Part shown: positions 42,171 through 56,100 of the stretch, piece after piece
How the letters are laid out: the number at the start of each line of letters is the position of its first letter
Position numbering within the stretch: position 1 is the stretch's first letter
Source of the DNA: Eledone cirrhosa
Taxonomy: Eukaryota
Reading direction: 5' to 3'
NCBI GenBank assembly: GCA_964016885.1
Contig: OZ024745.1
Location: 102,300,001 to 102,364,000 of the forward strand
DNA length: 64,000 nt
Translations under genes and position numbers: made by a program
Notes under the pieces: model-generated
Seen by the model: the letters and a program-made list of their open reading frames with translations, nothing else
Databases searched by the model: none
Told to the model about the DNA's origin: nothing

Positions 42171-42780
42171 ATGTCAGGTCACCAGTTGGTGCTACTGGTA
42201 ACATGTATCCCAGTACAACCTGTCTCATGGTCGGGTCGTTGGCGACTAAACTGGCAACCCCACCAAGGTTTCTTGGTGAGGAGGGTGACTTTGGACATCC
42301 TGCAGGACTAAAAACAAAACCTGTCAAAGGGCAAAGGAGCTCTTAAGAGTCAATGGCCATCCAAAATCACCGGGAGAGATGACCCCTTAGCCTTTGTCAA
42401 GGCAGAATTCTAGGAGAAGGAAAACTCTGATATAACACCTGCAACCCTGATGGTATCCAATGATGTTGACTTGTTCTTCTTTTTGGTAAATATCATCTTG
42501 GTTAAGAGAGTGGGACTGGCTTTGTGCAGTGCCTTTGCTCACTATAAAAGCTTCACGGCACAGGCATTGCTTTATATCTGGAGATCTCTCTGCACTTGTC
42601 GTCACATGGTACCATGGGCCCAACACTATGTGTCAATAATTGTCACAAGTGTAGTCTTTGTACCAGAGTTTTCAAGTCGCTGGCTGGACTAAAAAGTCAC
42701 TCGTTCAGCGCATCAGTAGGGGTTCTCCTACATGGATATAAAGTAGTGGCCGTACTCGAAAACGAGTTGGCAGCCACCAT
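42171..42780 (+). mobile_element. Apparently full-length RTE-derived bipartite element (structured 5'UTR fused to zinc-finger 3' end)
   Basis: ctaggagaaggaaaactctga RTE-type 5'UTR motif; [17 protein letters not shown] remnant; 3' stem-loop ggccgtactcgaaaacgagttggcagcc followed by (TATG)n. Confidence 0.75.
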
Positions 42781-42849
42781 GTATGTATGTATATATATAT
42801 ATATGTATATATATATATGTATGTATATATATATATATATATATGTATG

Positions 42850-42886
<37 letters not shown>

Positions 42887-43359
42887 GTATGTATATATAT
42901 ATATATATATGTATGTATATATATATATATATGTATGTATATATATATATATATGTATGTATATATATATATATTATTATTATTATCATCATTTTTACGT
43001 CCGCTTTTCCCTGCTTGCAAGGGTGGGATGGGAACTGATTCTGGCTTGATTTCTAAAGCTGGATGCCCTTCCTAACACCAACCTCATTTACAGTGAGTGC
43101 TGGGTGCTTTTTTGCCGTGGCACCTCCACAACCACTTTGCAGTGGAATGATAGGGACCCCAGTCCCTATCATCTCATTTCTACAGCTGAGTAAACTGGAG
43201 CAATGTGAAATAAAGTGTCTTGCTCAAGGAAACAACACATCACCCGGTCCGAGAATTGAACTCACAACCTTTCGATTGCAAGGCCAATGCTCTAACCACT
43301 AAGCCATGTGCCTCCATTAATATGTATGTATGTATGTATGTATGCATCTATACATACAT

Positions 43360-43426
<67 letters not shown>

Positions 43427-43611
43427 CATACATATACATACATACATATATATATATATACATACATACATACATGGTAGCTGCCAACTAGTTTTCGAGT
43501 ACGGGCGCTACTTTATATCCATGTAGGAGAACCCCTACCGATACGCTGAACGAGTGTGACTTTTTAGTCCAGCCAGTGACTTGAAAACTCTGGTACAAAC
43601 ACTACACTTCT

Positions 43612-43995
43612 GTATTACTGTCTGACACTAGAGATCACAGTCGTGTGTCTTCGCCTTTGAGAGGTGTAATTGGGTAAGATCGGCTTTTTATCACCTCATC
43701 CCTGGTCTTCTTGTGTTTCCCCATTCCACGGCTTCCATCAACTTCTAGTGCTCTGCTCCTTTTTATGCAGCTGTCATCCTTCATACACATCACATGTCCA
43801 TACCTATGCAAGCGCCTCTCCTGCACACAGCATTTGATTCCTCTTATGCTCAGTCTCTCTTTCAATTAGTTCCTGCTTTGCCCTTCGCGTATTACACATC
43901 CATCGGGGCATGCAAGCTTCGTTTCTTTCTAATCTACGCAATTCTTCTACAGACAGCGCTCAGGTCTCACTAGCATGTAATATTGCTGTTCGTAT
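43612..43995 (-). mobile_element. RTE ORF2 C-terminal fragment
   Basis: ORF 43635-43865 RGIKCCVQERRLHRYGHVMCMKDDSCIK is homologous to 29266-29844. Confidence 0.85.
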
Positions 43996-43996
43996 A

Positions 43997-44040
<44 letters not shown>

Positions 44041-44550
44041 CAAATACATATAAATAATAGATAAATATACAATTATACATAAATAAATATATATATATCT
44101 ATGGCTGTTGATCGCGAATAAATGGCTATCGTTTATTCATCTATTATTTCTTCACAGGTGTCTTTTAATCTTATAGCCTAGTTTAATTGGTTTTTTGTTT
44201 GGTTGATTATGCTAATTGGGAGAGGAAATTCAGTATATATCTCATCAAATGATTCTAAGGACATAATTTATAGTAAATATATACATATTTATATATATAT
44301 ATAGGTGATACCCGCTGATGAAGCCGCATAAGCCGATTGTGCATTGTTGCATAATATATGCAGACAGATGGTGCAGTGCACCTTACTGCTGCATTAGTGC
44401 GGGAACCTTATAGGCACCCTTTTTATGTGTTGTCTTGAGGCAAATAACTATGTGTATACTCTGGCAATGTATCTTACATTGCCCATTGAGTGCGTTGAGA
44501 TACAACTGGTACTGGCATTGATAAATATGCTGGGTCCGTCAACCCTTATT

Positions 44551-44613
<63 letters not shown>

Positions 44614-44618
44614 GTATA

Positions 44619-45475
44619 TCTAAAACAGAGAATGTCTGTTTGTGTCTGTCAGCTCACTAAAACTCGAGAACCACCCAATCGATTGTTTTCAAACTCTATA
44701 CATGTAATACTTATGGTCATTTGAGTGTTTTGAGCAAAAGATATTTCGAATTTTCAATGCCCGAGGGACCGCATTAGGCGATTTAGCGATCTCTCTCTAT
44801 AATTCTTAGTCTTTCTCTTTTTAGATAGATACATAGATATAATGTTGTGCCCTCATAACATGTCTGTCTGCATTACGACATTATGACGCAGTATGTATAT
44901 ATGTATATATAGTGTGTGCGTATATATATATATAGTGTGTAACGTTTTTCAAAATATTTACTTCTGCGTTCACAGTTTGATTTCTCTAGTTTCAGAAGAT
45001 CCCGTCAAGGGTGAAAGCATCGATTCTTTGCTTAAACTTTAATCTGTTATTTTAATATATATATATAATTAAATATTCGTGTACAGATATTTTTGCATAC
45101 ACAAAAACAAAATATAAACAAACGTATTTATTTCACACGGAAAAAAAACCTGGTAATCTATGACAAATTTTTTTTATAAGCACACAATGTAGACACCATC
45201 CCGAGGCCAAGGTATTCCGTACTTCTCTGTACTGTTTTTTATATATATATATATATATTATATATAATTATATATCCGTGTACAGATATTTTTGCATACA
45301 CAATAACAAAATATAAACAAATATATTTATTTCACGAGGCTCGATAAGGATAAATATATATCATTTTTGCATACACAATAACAAAATATAAACAAACGTA
45401 TTTGTTTCACGAGGCTCGATATGGATGAATATATATCAAATATATAAGAACCCTAGTGCCGGGCCATTCTGCTAG
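44619..45475 (+). mobile_element. Non-autonomous Helitron
   Basis: TC start tctaaaacagagaatgtctg; end gccgggccattctgCTAG|T; paralog of 61561-63909. Confidence 0.8.
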
Positions 45476-45831
45476 TATATACTATAATTCCAATAGAGAA
45501 GATAGAAAAAATACACAAGTAGAGGAAAAATGAGATTAAAATTTTTATCAAATTTACAAAATGTGTCAAGATATTCAGAAGTATATTTCTTCAACATTAC
45601 ACGAGTGATATTCTGTTGTCAAAAGATGTTAACTGTCATCTAGTGTTTTATATAGAAGTTTACTGAAATAAATTTAATGATAAACAGATCTGTAGTTGAA
45701 AGTGAAATGTTAGTAAACAAATAATGTGTAACTTTTTATTTTTTTTATTTTTCCTTGACTAGAAAATAATACGAGTCATGAAGAGTACAAAAGTATTTGG
45801 AAGGATAGCTATCAACAGAAGAATCCTACAT

Positions 45832-46019
45832 CAGTGGTTTTGAACCTTCTTTGTTCTATGCCCCATCATGACATCATCAAACATTTCATGGTTTTTTTTT
45901 CTCTCAATATAACGATATGTTTAGTGTTAATAAGATATAATGTAAAATTTAGAAAATATTGCCTGCCAAAATATTCAAAGCATGTATGTGGTTTGAGCGC
46001 TCCATGTTCAGAATCACAG
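45832..46019. mobile_element. Old hAT-type MITE
   Basis: Imperfect TIRs cagtggttttgaac / gttcagaatcacag; no clear TSD. Confidence 0.45.
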
Positions 46020-47017
46020 CTCAACACAGTCTTCAGTTACCAGATGCAACAAATAAATATACTGAAGTAAGTCCATCCTAATACACTTATATGAGCATAA
46101 TAAGATCAATTAATCAAGACTGTACTCATATTAAGGAGAAGTAAACATTGTTGAATAATGCTTAAAGAAACCAAATAGAGTAGAATAGGTTGATGCACTA
46201 ACATTTTAATTGATTTTGGAAATAGTTAATGTTGGGAGAGAGAAGACTAGTCTGATCTTTGGCAGAAAATTTCAGTCTTATTGGAATTCTTCACCAAAAC
46301 ATAATTATTCACATGTCTGGCACATTAATGGATAGAAACGAATATGTGCATATATCGGCAGAAATTTACACATACATGTGTGATAGAGCAGCATAAAGTC
46401 CAAGGGAAACAATGCAAACATTACACAAGCCCAACACACACATGTAAATTTGGCCATGTTTGCATTTATATTTACTGGAGTAAACCAATGTGTTACATTG
46501 TGTCTCTTTATGTAAAAACTGTAATGTAGCAGTTCAATAAGCAGAGATCAATAAAATAATTATCAGATAGAAATAAGTATTAAAGATAACTATGAAAGCT
46601 ATCATCCAACTGGAAAATAAATGGTATAGTAGGCACTTACAAGCTTAGAACAATCATCTTCATCCATTGTTTTAGGCCTGTTTTGTCTATGCTGACATGG
46701 TTGAACAGGTTGATACAGATCAAGTTAGTTCTTAATTGAAGATAATGTATTCCTAGAGAGGTCAGAAAACTCTCTTTCACTCAATACATTCCCATTTTTA
46801 TATTTTCTATGGCTGGAAGTTCTCAAACTTTCTGCCCTACCCTCATGGCCTCATAATACTCTCATCACCCCCACCCTATTTCCAGAGATACCAGCCTATA
46901 TGCAAATTGTAAATGATATATAATAAATAAAATCATTGATTTACATATAATAAATAATATAATATATACGATGTATGAGTAAATATATATTTTTTATTTT
47001 ACTATATTTATATATAA

Positions 47018-48422
47018 CTAGCTGGCCCATCCGGCTGGGGCCCGGCTAGGTATACCAGCATTTTATCTTTTCAGGAACCCCCCCCCCCTACACTCTAGTG
47101 CAAAGATACCGCACACCCTCTCAAGTCAGCGAGGAGGAGGGGGGGGGGGGTTTAACGTGCTCTGATGTTGGGTTTGAATAGTTTTTAGGATTCCCCAGTT
47201 CAGCAGCCAGTACGTTAAAGAAAATTGATAGTTACAACAATAAAGGCTGAACAGAGAACACATTTTTTAACAAACAATAATTTGTACAACCATAATGGAA
47301 ATTCCAAGTAACAGAAAATATTTAAATTACATTGTTAGAGCCTCAGAGTATACAATTTTTTTTGTTCGGCCCTCTGGAGCAAAGCTGAAGAGATTGTTTG
47401 GTGAGCTCACCCTAGAGCATCCTACATACAATTGACCATGGGAGAATCACTGATCTCGTAGCTCATCTCGTGGAGGAGAAGCTCTGTAGGTGTTGACCTC
47501 TGGACTCTCCTGTAAGCTGTAATGACTTAGAGGTCTACCACCAATCTCCAGGACACTGTTTTCAAGACAAATGAGTGCCTCATTGAAAACGACATCGTAT
47601 GTTACGTTTGGATTGTGTCTGCGTGTGCGGTGGTGGATGTCCTCAGCTAGACTTTTGTGGTGGTTGTTCCACAGTGCGAGAGGGTCGGCGAGATTGCAGT
47701 TGTGCAGCATAATAGCAAAAGGTTTTCGCTGAGAAGGGACGTTAGCAGTTGCTGCTTCTTGCAGGGTGAGGTGCCAATGGCTGTCATCGGGTAACATATC
47801 ATGCATCTGGCAAGCCAAATGGTAAGTGGAACATTGATGGTCTTTGATGGTTCTCAGATCTTGGAAAGACTGTGGCCCTCTAACCTCGAACAGTAACAAT
47901 GACGATAAGCTGTCTGTGCTTTCGTGAAATAAATAGGTTTTTGTTTTTGTGTATGCAAAAATATCTGTACACGAATATATATATTAAAATAACAGATTAA
48001 AGTTTAAGCTTTCACCTTTAACGGGATCTTCTGAAACTAAAAAAATCAGTCTGTGAACGCAAGAGTAAATATTACGTTATCTAATGCAGACAGCCAGACA
48101 TACAGAAACATATTATAAGGGCGCTACGTTATAGCTAAGTGTCTATCTAAAAAGACAGACTAAGAAAAAGAGGGAATGTTGTGCAACATAATAAGAAAAA
48201 GTGGGGAATGACGTATAACCGGAAGTGTTGACATTTGAAATTTTAAAGAAGTGAATATTTAAATAATGTCTTTAATCTTTTGACCAAATTCAGTAGACAA
48301 AAATACCCTCACTTTTTTACTTGGAAAAAGTTACATCTATGGTGCAAATTTGGTGCTGTTTGGTCCAGCCATTTAGCGGAAAGTTTGTTACCTACATACG
48401 GCCGTCAGCTTTATATTATAGA
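47018..48422 (-). mobile_element. Internally deleted Helitron with RepHel remnants
   Basis: CTAG at 47018 next to a GC-rich hairpin; TC start at 48422; ORF 47447-47899 LLFEVRGPQSFQDLRT...YHLAC...DDSHW...P.QR..FAIML. Confidence 0.85.
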
Positions 48423-49663
48423 TATGTATCATTTGATATTTAATATACTATTATATAATCTCTACCGCCACCTTGGCTCCCAACGGCCCCCGGGGGTAGC
48501 ACCCACTTTGAGAACCTTTGATTTAAACAAACAAGAACAGTGGATTGGCAACATTTTTAGAGTGTCAGACAGAATGCTTGTTAGTATTTAGTTATGACTT
48601 TCTACGTTTCCACTGAAATCCGATCCCACTGAAGTCAACTTTGCCATTTATCCTTCTGGCATTGATAAAATAAAGTACCAATTAAGTACTGGGGCTGAAA
48701 CAATCAGTTTTTCCCTTCTCTTAAAATTGCTGGCCTTGTTTCTATGCCAGAAAGAATCATTTAATTAAAAGACAGCTGTAATCAAGTTAGCCTATGATCA
48801 AAATAATTACAGCTGTGACCAATCACTTTTTTATTTTAGATACTGTATATCCATGATCATATTATCCAATGTGCCGTTCACTTTTTAAAGGTAGTAGGGT
48901 GTGATATTATGGAGATTTGACTGCTATTTCAAGTAGATCAAAGGACCACATATAAACTATCTTGTTAGTTTGGGGAGTCATGAAGAAATTTCTTCATAAG
49001 CTTAGACATGTTGTTCTGAAGAAGATAAATTTAGTGATATTTTCATGGGCAAAATGTCAAGCAATTATAGAGCAGCAGAAATAAGATTTTATATATTTTT
49101 CTATTACTTAAGGGCCATTAGATATGTAAGTGAAACACAACTAGGAAACAAGACAGGATTACAGATTTGATAATGGGTCAATTATTTGGCATTGTAGAAT
49201 TTTGATTTCAAATTTCACAAAACCTTGATAATGTATTCCTGAGTGAATAATAATAAAATCGTGGATTGGACAGCATGCTTTGTAGCATAGAGTTACGGCC
49301 CTTTACGGTCTGAGTTCAAATCCCGTCGAGGTTAACTTTGCCTTTCATCCTTACAGGGTCGATAAAATAAAGCACTAGTAATGTACTGGGATAATTGCTG
49401 GCCTTGTGCCTAAAGTAGAAACAACCACGTGTTGTTTTTAGAGGCTGTTTACTTGTAAACAAAACCAAACATTAATAATATGATATTGTAATATTACTAT
49501 GATTCACTCATGAATAAACTTAGGTATCCATCATGTTAAGGGCAAAAACAAACTTTGTTTTTAATTTTCGCTTTTATGCAAATGAAGCTAATCAACCAAT
49601 GTATATATTTGAGAATACTATGTATTCTCAGCAGTTCCAGATGGTAGCTAACGAGCAGTATAT

Positions 49664-49708
49664 ACAATCTTGACAAAGACTAGACACTCAGAAACAATTG
49701 TCAATTGT
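49664..49708 (+). ncRNA. Minimal hammerhead-like motif, U3:A8 variant, decayed stem II
   Basis: acaatc TTGACAA agactagacactca GAAA caattg TC^aattgt; perfect palindromic ACAATTGT stem III. Confidence 0.6.
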
Positions 49709-49842
49709 TTTCTCTCAGCTTCCCCTCGAACAAAAGGACGATGTTGTCATCTACCATGTGGTGCTTTATGAGGCTGTTTACTTGTAAACAAAACCAAATA
49801 TTAATAATATTATGATATTTTAATATTATTATTATTCACTGA

Positions 49843-50031
49843 AAGGCGGTGGATTGGCAGTATCGGTAGAGGGTCGGACGCCATGCTTTGAAGCATAGAG
49901 TTACCTCCCTGTATAATCTGAGTTCAAATCCTGCTGAGGTTAACTTTGCCTTCCATCCTTACGGGGTCGATAAAATAAAGTACCAGTAATGCACTGGGAT
50001 ATTTGCTGGCCTTGTGCCAAAATGAGAAACA
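49843..50031 (+). mobile_element. Full-length tRNA-derived SINE (Meta-domain-like) with 15-bp TSD
   Basis: TSD attattattcactga at 49828-49842 and 50032-50046; B box gagttcaaatcc; other copies 20320-20510, 48530-48760, 49255-49425. Confidence 0.88.
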
Positions 50032-52714
50032 ATTATTATTCACTGATGAATACACTTAGGTATCCAACATGTTAAGAGCGAAAACAAACCTTGATATTGT
50101 GTTTCATTGCCTAATTCAAGTGACAGAGTTGTTAGAGGGTTGAGTTAAATGTTCTGTGGTATTTGTTTCAACTCTCTGCACTATATTGAAATCATATGAT
50201 CAACTTTGGGGTCGATAAATAAAATATCTGTCTAGGTTGGTGGATTATTAGAGCATCGAATGGGATGTCTTGCAGTATCTGTTCCAGAACTGTTTGTTCT
50301 GTCATGATAGGTTTTGGGTCTCTGTTATTAAAAGACCCAAGAGGCTGCCAATAAGATATAGAATCATGGAAGGTCAGCTAAACTTACACAGGTATTTGGC
50401 ATAGCAACAACAACATAGATATGTTAGGCAACGGTATGATTAAAACTGCATGATTGACAGGTTATGCAAATTTCTGAATTTTTGCATTCATCCAACACTG
50501 TTTCTTCTACAAGGTTTTGTGTCAATGCTTTTATCTAATATTCCACCCCAATGAAAAGAAAGTTGTTGAAATTTATATCACTCTATCAAGTTTTCTATGC
50601 GCTAAGCGCATTGGCCCAAAACCATGTAGAAGAAGCAATATAGTTCAAATGATGTATAGAAAAGACAAAATATATTTAATGGAATTAAGATAACAATAAA
50701 TCCAAGTATTTCTATTATTGGCTTTTAATTTAGGCACAAGGTCAACAATTTTGAGATGAGGAGAAAGTCATTGACCTCAGTACAGAAAGGCAAAGTTTAT
50801 CTCAGCAGGATTTGAACTCAGAATATAATGTGCCATAACTAAATACAGATAAGCATTTTGTCTGACATTCTAATGATTCCATTAATCCACTACCCTTCCA
50901 ATTGTTTCTAATAGTTTAGCAAAAACAAAAACTAATCTTTTTTTTTTAAAGTCAATGTTGCAGTAAACTATACCTAATTTTTAAAAACTGTGCTTAATAA
51001 AAGAAAATAACCAATATTATTTGATGAGAATGTAGCAAGACTTTGATAAAATTATGGTCCAGATTGAACCTTGAAGCCAATTTTTTTTCATTCAAATATT
51101 GTTTTATTCATTAGTTTAACCATTGGAGGAAGAGCAAGACCTGGAGTATTTGAAGGCCTTTCTAGACTAGTCTAGTTGATGCAATAGCTTGCAATTGTGT
51201 ATATATTGCCAATAGGATGTGGGGGGGGGGGGGGGGTTCTAGGCCTGGAATGCTCTAAAGAGGAAGAATTTGCATTTTGGAAGTCAGAGGAGTGAATCAC
51301 AGTCAGGATGACAAGAAGAAGAAAAGTATTTTCATTGGATAAGCTTGGACACATATTAATGCTCTTTAGGAAAGGCATGGATACTACAGTATTATATTTG
51401 TCCTATCCCAACATCTAGAGAGCATTAGTCAAAAAGAAACTAGTATTATAGACAATCAGGTTTAGCTGTCTATTATTGCTGTTTTGTTTATTTCTAAGTC
51501 AGACTTGATGAAGCAAACCTATGACAAACTTTGTTCAAGCTATCACAATACCATATTTCTTCTCAAGCTAATATATCTATAACCACATCCTGATTCAATT
51601 TGTCCTTCTTTCCTTTTTTTCAAGGCAGTAGGATTGTAATATTAAGGAGATTTGGTTGTTATTTCTAGAGTATCAAGAAACCCCTTACATGAACCATAGT
51701 TGCCTGGCTGTAATATAGTATGGTGGAAGAGTAATTAAAAGTAACAGTTAGTTGAATCAATAAAGGAAAAATAGAAAACAATAGAAATAACTTGATGGAT
51801 CACTGACCTATCCCTTAAAATCTGTTATTAATGCTGCAATATACAACGCTCCTTTCTCTTTCCACTTCAATAAATTTTGTTGAAAATAGATTACCTCTCT
51901 CATTTCGCAGCTGAGTGCTCAGCATTGGTTGAAGGGTATATTATAAATAAAAAAAACCTTATTCTGGAAATAATTGCAAAATTTAGAAAATACGTAAAAA
52001 TATGTAAAAATACGTAAAAAAAAAAAAAGATTTTTCAAGCAAACATTTCCATATTAAACAAAAAATAAATTCACCATTACCACAAGACAATGCATTATAG
52101 AGAAGGAATATAGTTAATTGAAATTATCAATCTACATAATGAGGGCTTATTTTTATCTTTCATTAACCCTTGATGAAAGAATGAAGGGCAAATATGTTCC
52201 ACATGGAAATTGAACACAGTATAAAGAGTTTATCTTCATACCAAAAACCATTTTGTTCTGAACTGTTTTCTTTTTGCCTCCCCTACAATCTTATATGATA
52301 AAACACAATATGCAGTCACATGCACAGACACAAAACACAAAAAATGCACCACAAAACAAACAAAGACAAGATGGAGTAGAAGTTTAAGACTAGGAAAAAG
52401 AGGAGGCATAAAACAGATAATTATTGAAGAGGTCACAGAATGTGTGATAAAAGAACTTTGATAACCAAATGAAGAACGAACAATAAAGATAAAGTGAAAA
52501 TTATATGGTATGTGTATTTCTTTCTACTGGCAATATTGTCAACATGACCATCCCCAAATATAACAATATTATGATAAGGCAGCAAATTGGTTAATACATC
52601 AAACTAAATCCATCTCACTGCCCTCTGAATTCTAATCTTGCAGAGGCCAATTTTCCATTTCATCCTTTTAGGGGTGATAAATAAATATCCATCCAGCTCT
52701 AAGATTGTGATTGA

Positions 52715-52930
52715 CTCTTTAGCAATTAAACAGGCCATATCCAGCCAGAATTCTCTCACCTTTTTCTGTTCAAACTGGCTGTAACTGGCCACTCATACTG
52801 ATGTTAAGGTATTGTTCTCAAAATAAATAATATCAAAATCTCATAGATTCGATATTATGTGAGATATTATGCAAGATAAAGCTTTTACCACGAAAATACA
52901 ATCGTATATATAGAGAGAAATGTAAAAGGG
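52715..52930. mobile_element. piggyBac-like MITE
   Basis: TTGA|ctctttagc...aaaaggg|TTAA; inverted paralog at 59882-60089. Confidence 0.6.
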
Positions 52931-53138
52931 TTAAACTTCGAGAAGATAGTGCTCTACCAGATTTAAATTGCACAAACCACACTAAATGTCAAGATGACAC
53001 TCCTGCAATGCCATCAATATTTCAGAGATTATGGAAAGAAAGGATAATCACTATATAATGATGTTTATACTATTACATAATACACCATTTTAATTAAATA
53101 TAAGAAAGTGTGTTGATAAATATATATATATATATATA

Positions 53139-56100
53139 TTTCTTTATTAGCCACAAGGGCGCACAAGAAAAGGGGACAAAACAAGGACACATGCCGGGGA
53201 TTTTACATACAATCGTGTAAAAATATTGAAACAAACAAATTTAACAATCGAAATCCCCAACAGGGGGAGGCACCACAAATGGGTTGTTTAATACCCCATC
53301 GATAGAACAACCCTCAACTTCAGGAGCGTGTTGTGCAAGTGCTCCTTTCCTCCTTTTGCTTTCTTCTTCAACCTACAGGTTTATATACAGAGAAGGCCCA
53401 ATCACTCGGGCCATTTTTCCACATTCACCCACCTTTCAGTAAATTTACTGTGGTGCAGTGCCTCTCTCTCCACTCTGATTCTCCTTCTAAAGTGGTACCT
53501 AAAGAAGGGAATAAGTTGTCCGGAGAGAAAGGCATCTGTCCTCAGTCCTCTCAATCTCGTCCACCATATAACCTCTTTCACCATAGCCACTATACAGAGG
53601 AAAACCGCCTCTCTTTCGTTTTTGAAAGAAGTAGGCAGTTTTATCCTTACTATGGACTCGGCAGTCAACTGGATTTGTCCCATACGCAACAGCAGTTGTT
53701 CTGCATTGTTCCACAGGTCGGTTACGCCCAGGCAGTGTACAATTGCGTGCAGGACGGTTTCAATGTCCTGCCCGCATCTTGGACATGTCCTCTTGCAAGG
53801 ATACCTGCATCCGTGTCTGTAGATCTTGCCTTGTACTGGTAGAGCTCCTCGGTAGTACTGCCAGGCCAGGGAAAGTCCTACCGAACAGACTGATGAGCTC
53901 GTCGTCTTCGACGTCCAGAATCTCTCCGAGCACGTCGTTGCACTTGTAAGATATTATCCCTCTATAGAATGTTGAAGTGGAGTCACCACTGATTGCTGTG
54001 CCCACTTGACAGGACTGTGAGTGCCTGAGCACATTTAATGTGCCAGGCGCCCATCTTCTTCAGTCTCCGCTTGACTCAGGACTGCAGCTCCGTCAGCGAG
54101 ACAAGTTGCAGGAAGGCCTGTCTCACAAACGGTGCCCACACCGGCTGGTCGGTGAGGAATACCTGTAGATGCCGTAGCCTCAGTGCATGTTTGGACATCA
54201 TCAGCCACGGCGTTCCCAGCCCTCCGTTGGAAGGGTGCTGACAGCAGACGGATCTCATCACCAGTGGAGCCTGCTTCTTCCACAGAAACTGGAAGAGCAT
54301 GCGTTCCATCTTGGTGAGGTGTTCATGGGGACAAGGCACGACGGTCAAGCGGTAGTAGATGATGGATGCTATGAAAGTGTTCGCCACCTCCGCTCGACCT
54401 TTCAATGATAATTTGCACTCTGCCCACTTCTGGATGAGCGCAAATACCTTGACCGTGACCTCGTTCCAGTTTTTCTCCACCTGGAGGTCCGGACCGAACC
54501 AGAGGAATTTCACCAGTCCATCCGTCCAGCATCCGACGACGCTGTCAGATGGCATCGGTTTGCCTCTCCACGTTCCGAGTTGCAAACCGACAGACTTGTC
54601 CGGGTTCAGTTTTGCTCCTGTGAACCTTTCGTATTCTTGCAGTAAGTTGCCCATCACCCCGATTTCCGAGGTTTCCGACACAATTACTGTCACGTTGTTG
54701 GCATAAGCCAACGCTGCTTTCCGCAGTCCCGGTTCCAATGGGATGCCCTGCAGCAGCTCCAACTTCCGCAGTGGTGGCTCTAGAGTCAGTACGTACAGAG
54801 GGCATCCCTGTCGGATGGAACGCGTGATTGACCATCGAGCAGATGTTGGTTTGCATTGCGGCGATCCAGCCTCTGAAGATGGGTTCGAAACCGGGCGCCT
54901 TGATAACTGCTTCCAAGCCAGGTTTACACCGAAGCCAGGTTTACACCCCACCCTCTCTATGATGTATCGCATGAGGTGGAGGTTGTCATGTATGGACCTG
55001 GTCGGGATTGCACACGTTTACGCTTTCCCTACCAGGTTCTCGACGACAAGTGCCAACCTCATTGCCAACACCTTGACCAAAATCTTTAACTCTGTTGAGC
55101 AGAGTTAGGGGCCTAAAGTTGTTTAGTTCGTCCCCCTTGTTCTCGTCTTTCCTGATCAGCGTTACTACGCCTCTGCCTGCAGAGCTGGGAATTCTCTCGT
55201 TCTGCTGCCATTTGCAGTAGATGGCTTCGAGGACACCAGAGAACAAGTTTGGCATGCCTATGTAAAACTCATAGGGTAGACCATCTAGACCGGGTAATTT
55301 GCGTTTCCCATAGCGGCCCATAACGCCCCGTATCTCAGTAGCTGTGATCGGTTTTTCTCAGAACTCGGCATCCTGTTCGAGAGACACGCCCGGCAGTCGA
55401 GGTATGAACCGAAGTCCATTGCCCCGTTCGACGCACCGACACTCTGCTCGAACAGTTGCGCAAAGTGCCGCTGAAAGGCCGTGCACATCCGCTTGGGGTC
55501 AAGTAGCACGTGTCTGTTTTGGTCTTTCAAAGACCGAATCGTGGACTTATTGCCAATTTTCGCCTCTGCCACTCGGGCCCAGCTAACAGCTTTCACTCCT
55601 TCATTTCCTAGAGCACGTGATTTACTTCTGACCATGCAGCCTTCCTGTTTCACATCAAAGAACTGGTCCAGTGCCGTTCTCGTTGCTAGCACTCTAGCTA
55701 CGTTGCCACTCCTAAGCGCATCCTCTACCTTGGCTACTAGTTCTTGTACGTATGTTGTGTGGTGATGGTGTGTTTATGTGGTGATGGTGTGTTTGTGTGT
55801 GTGATTGTGGTAGTGTTGGATGGAGTGGGATGGGGTGGGACTGTGTTTTTCAAGGAATTGTTTGTGTTTTTTCTGTTGTTTGTGGTTCAGCAGTTGTTTT
55901 TTTTTGTGTGTTTGCTTGTTTTGTATGTTGTTGGTAAAAGTACTTTTTTTTGGGGGGGGGGGTCGTAGGAAGGGACAGGAGGCCTTTAAATGCGATGTGC
56001 TTGCGCATTTAAAACAATGTGGCCTCCTCATTTCTGCCGAAATGTGTATATAGTTTGTATTTTCTACTGGCACACTTTCTGGTATCTTGGAAATTCTATC

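Larger units (their letters stand above)
49426..50092 (+). mobile_element. ~328-bp partial tandem repeat with hammerhead (family E, retrozyme-like), second unit split by a SINE
   Basis: gaggctgtttacttgtaaacaaaaccaaa at 49441 and 49770; unit resumes after the SINE at 50047. Confidence 0.7.
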
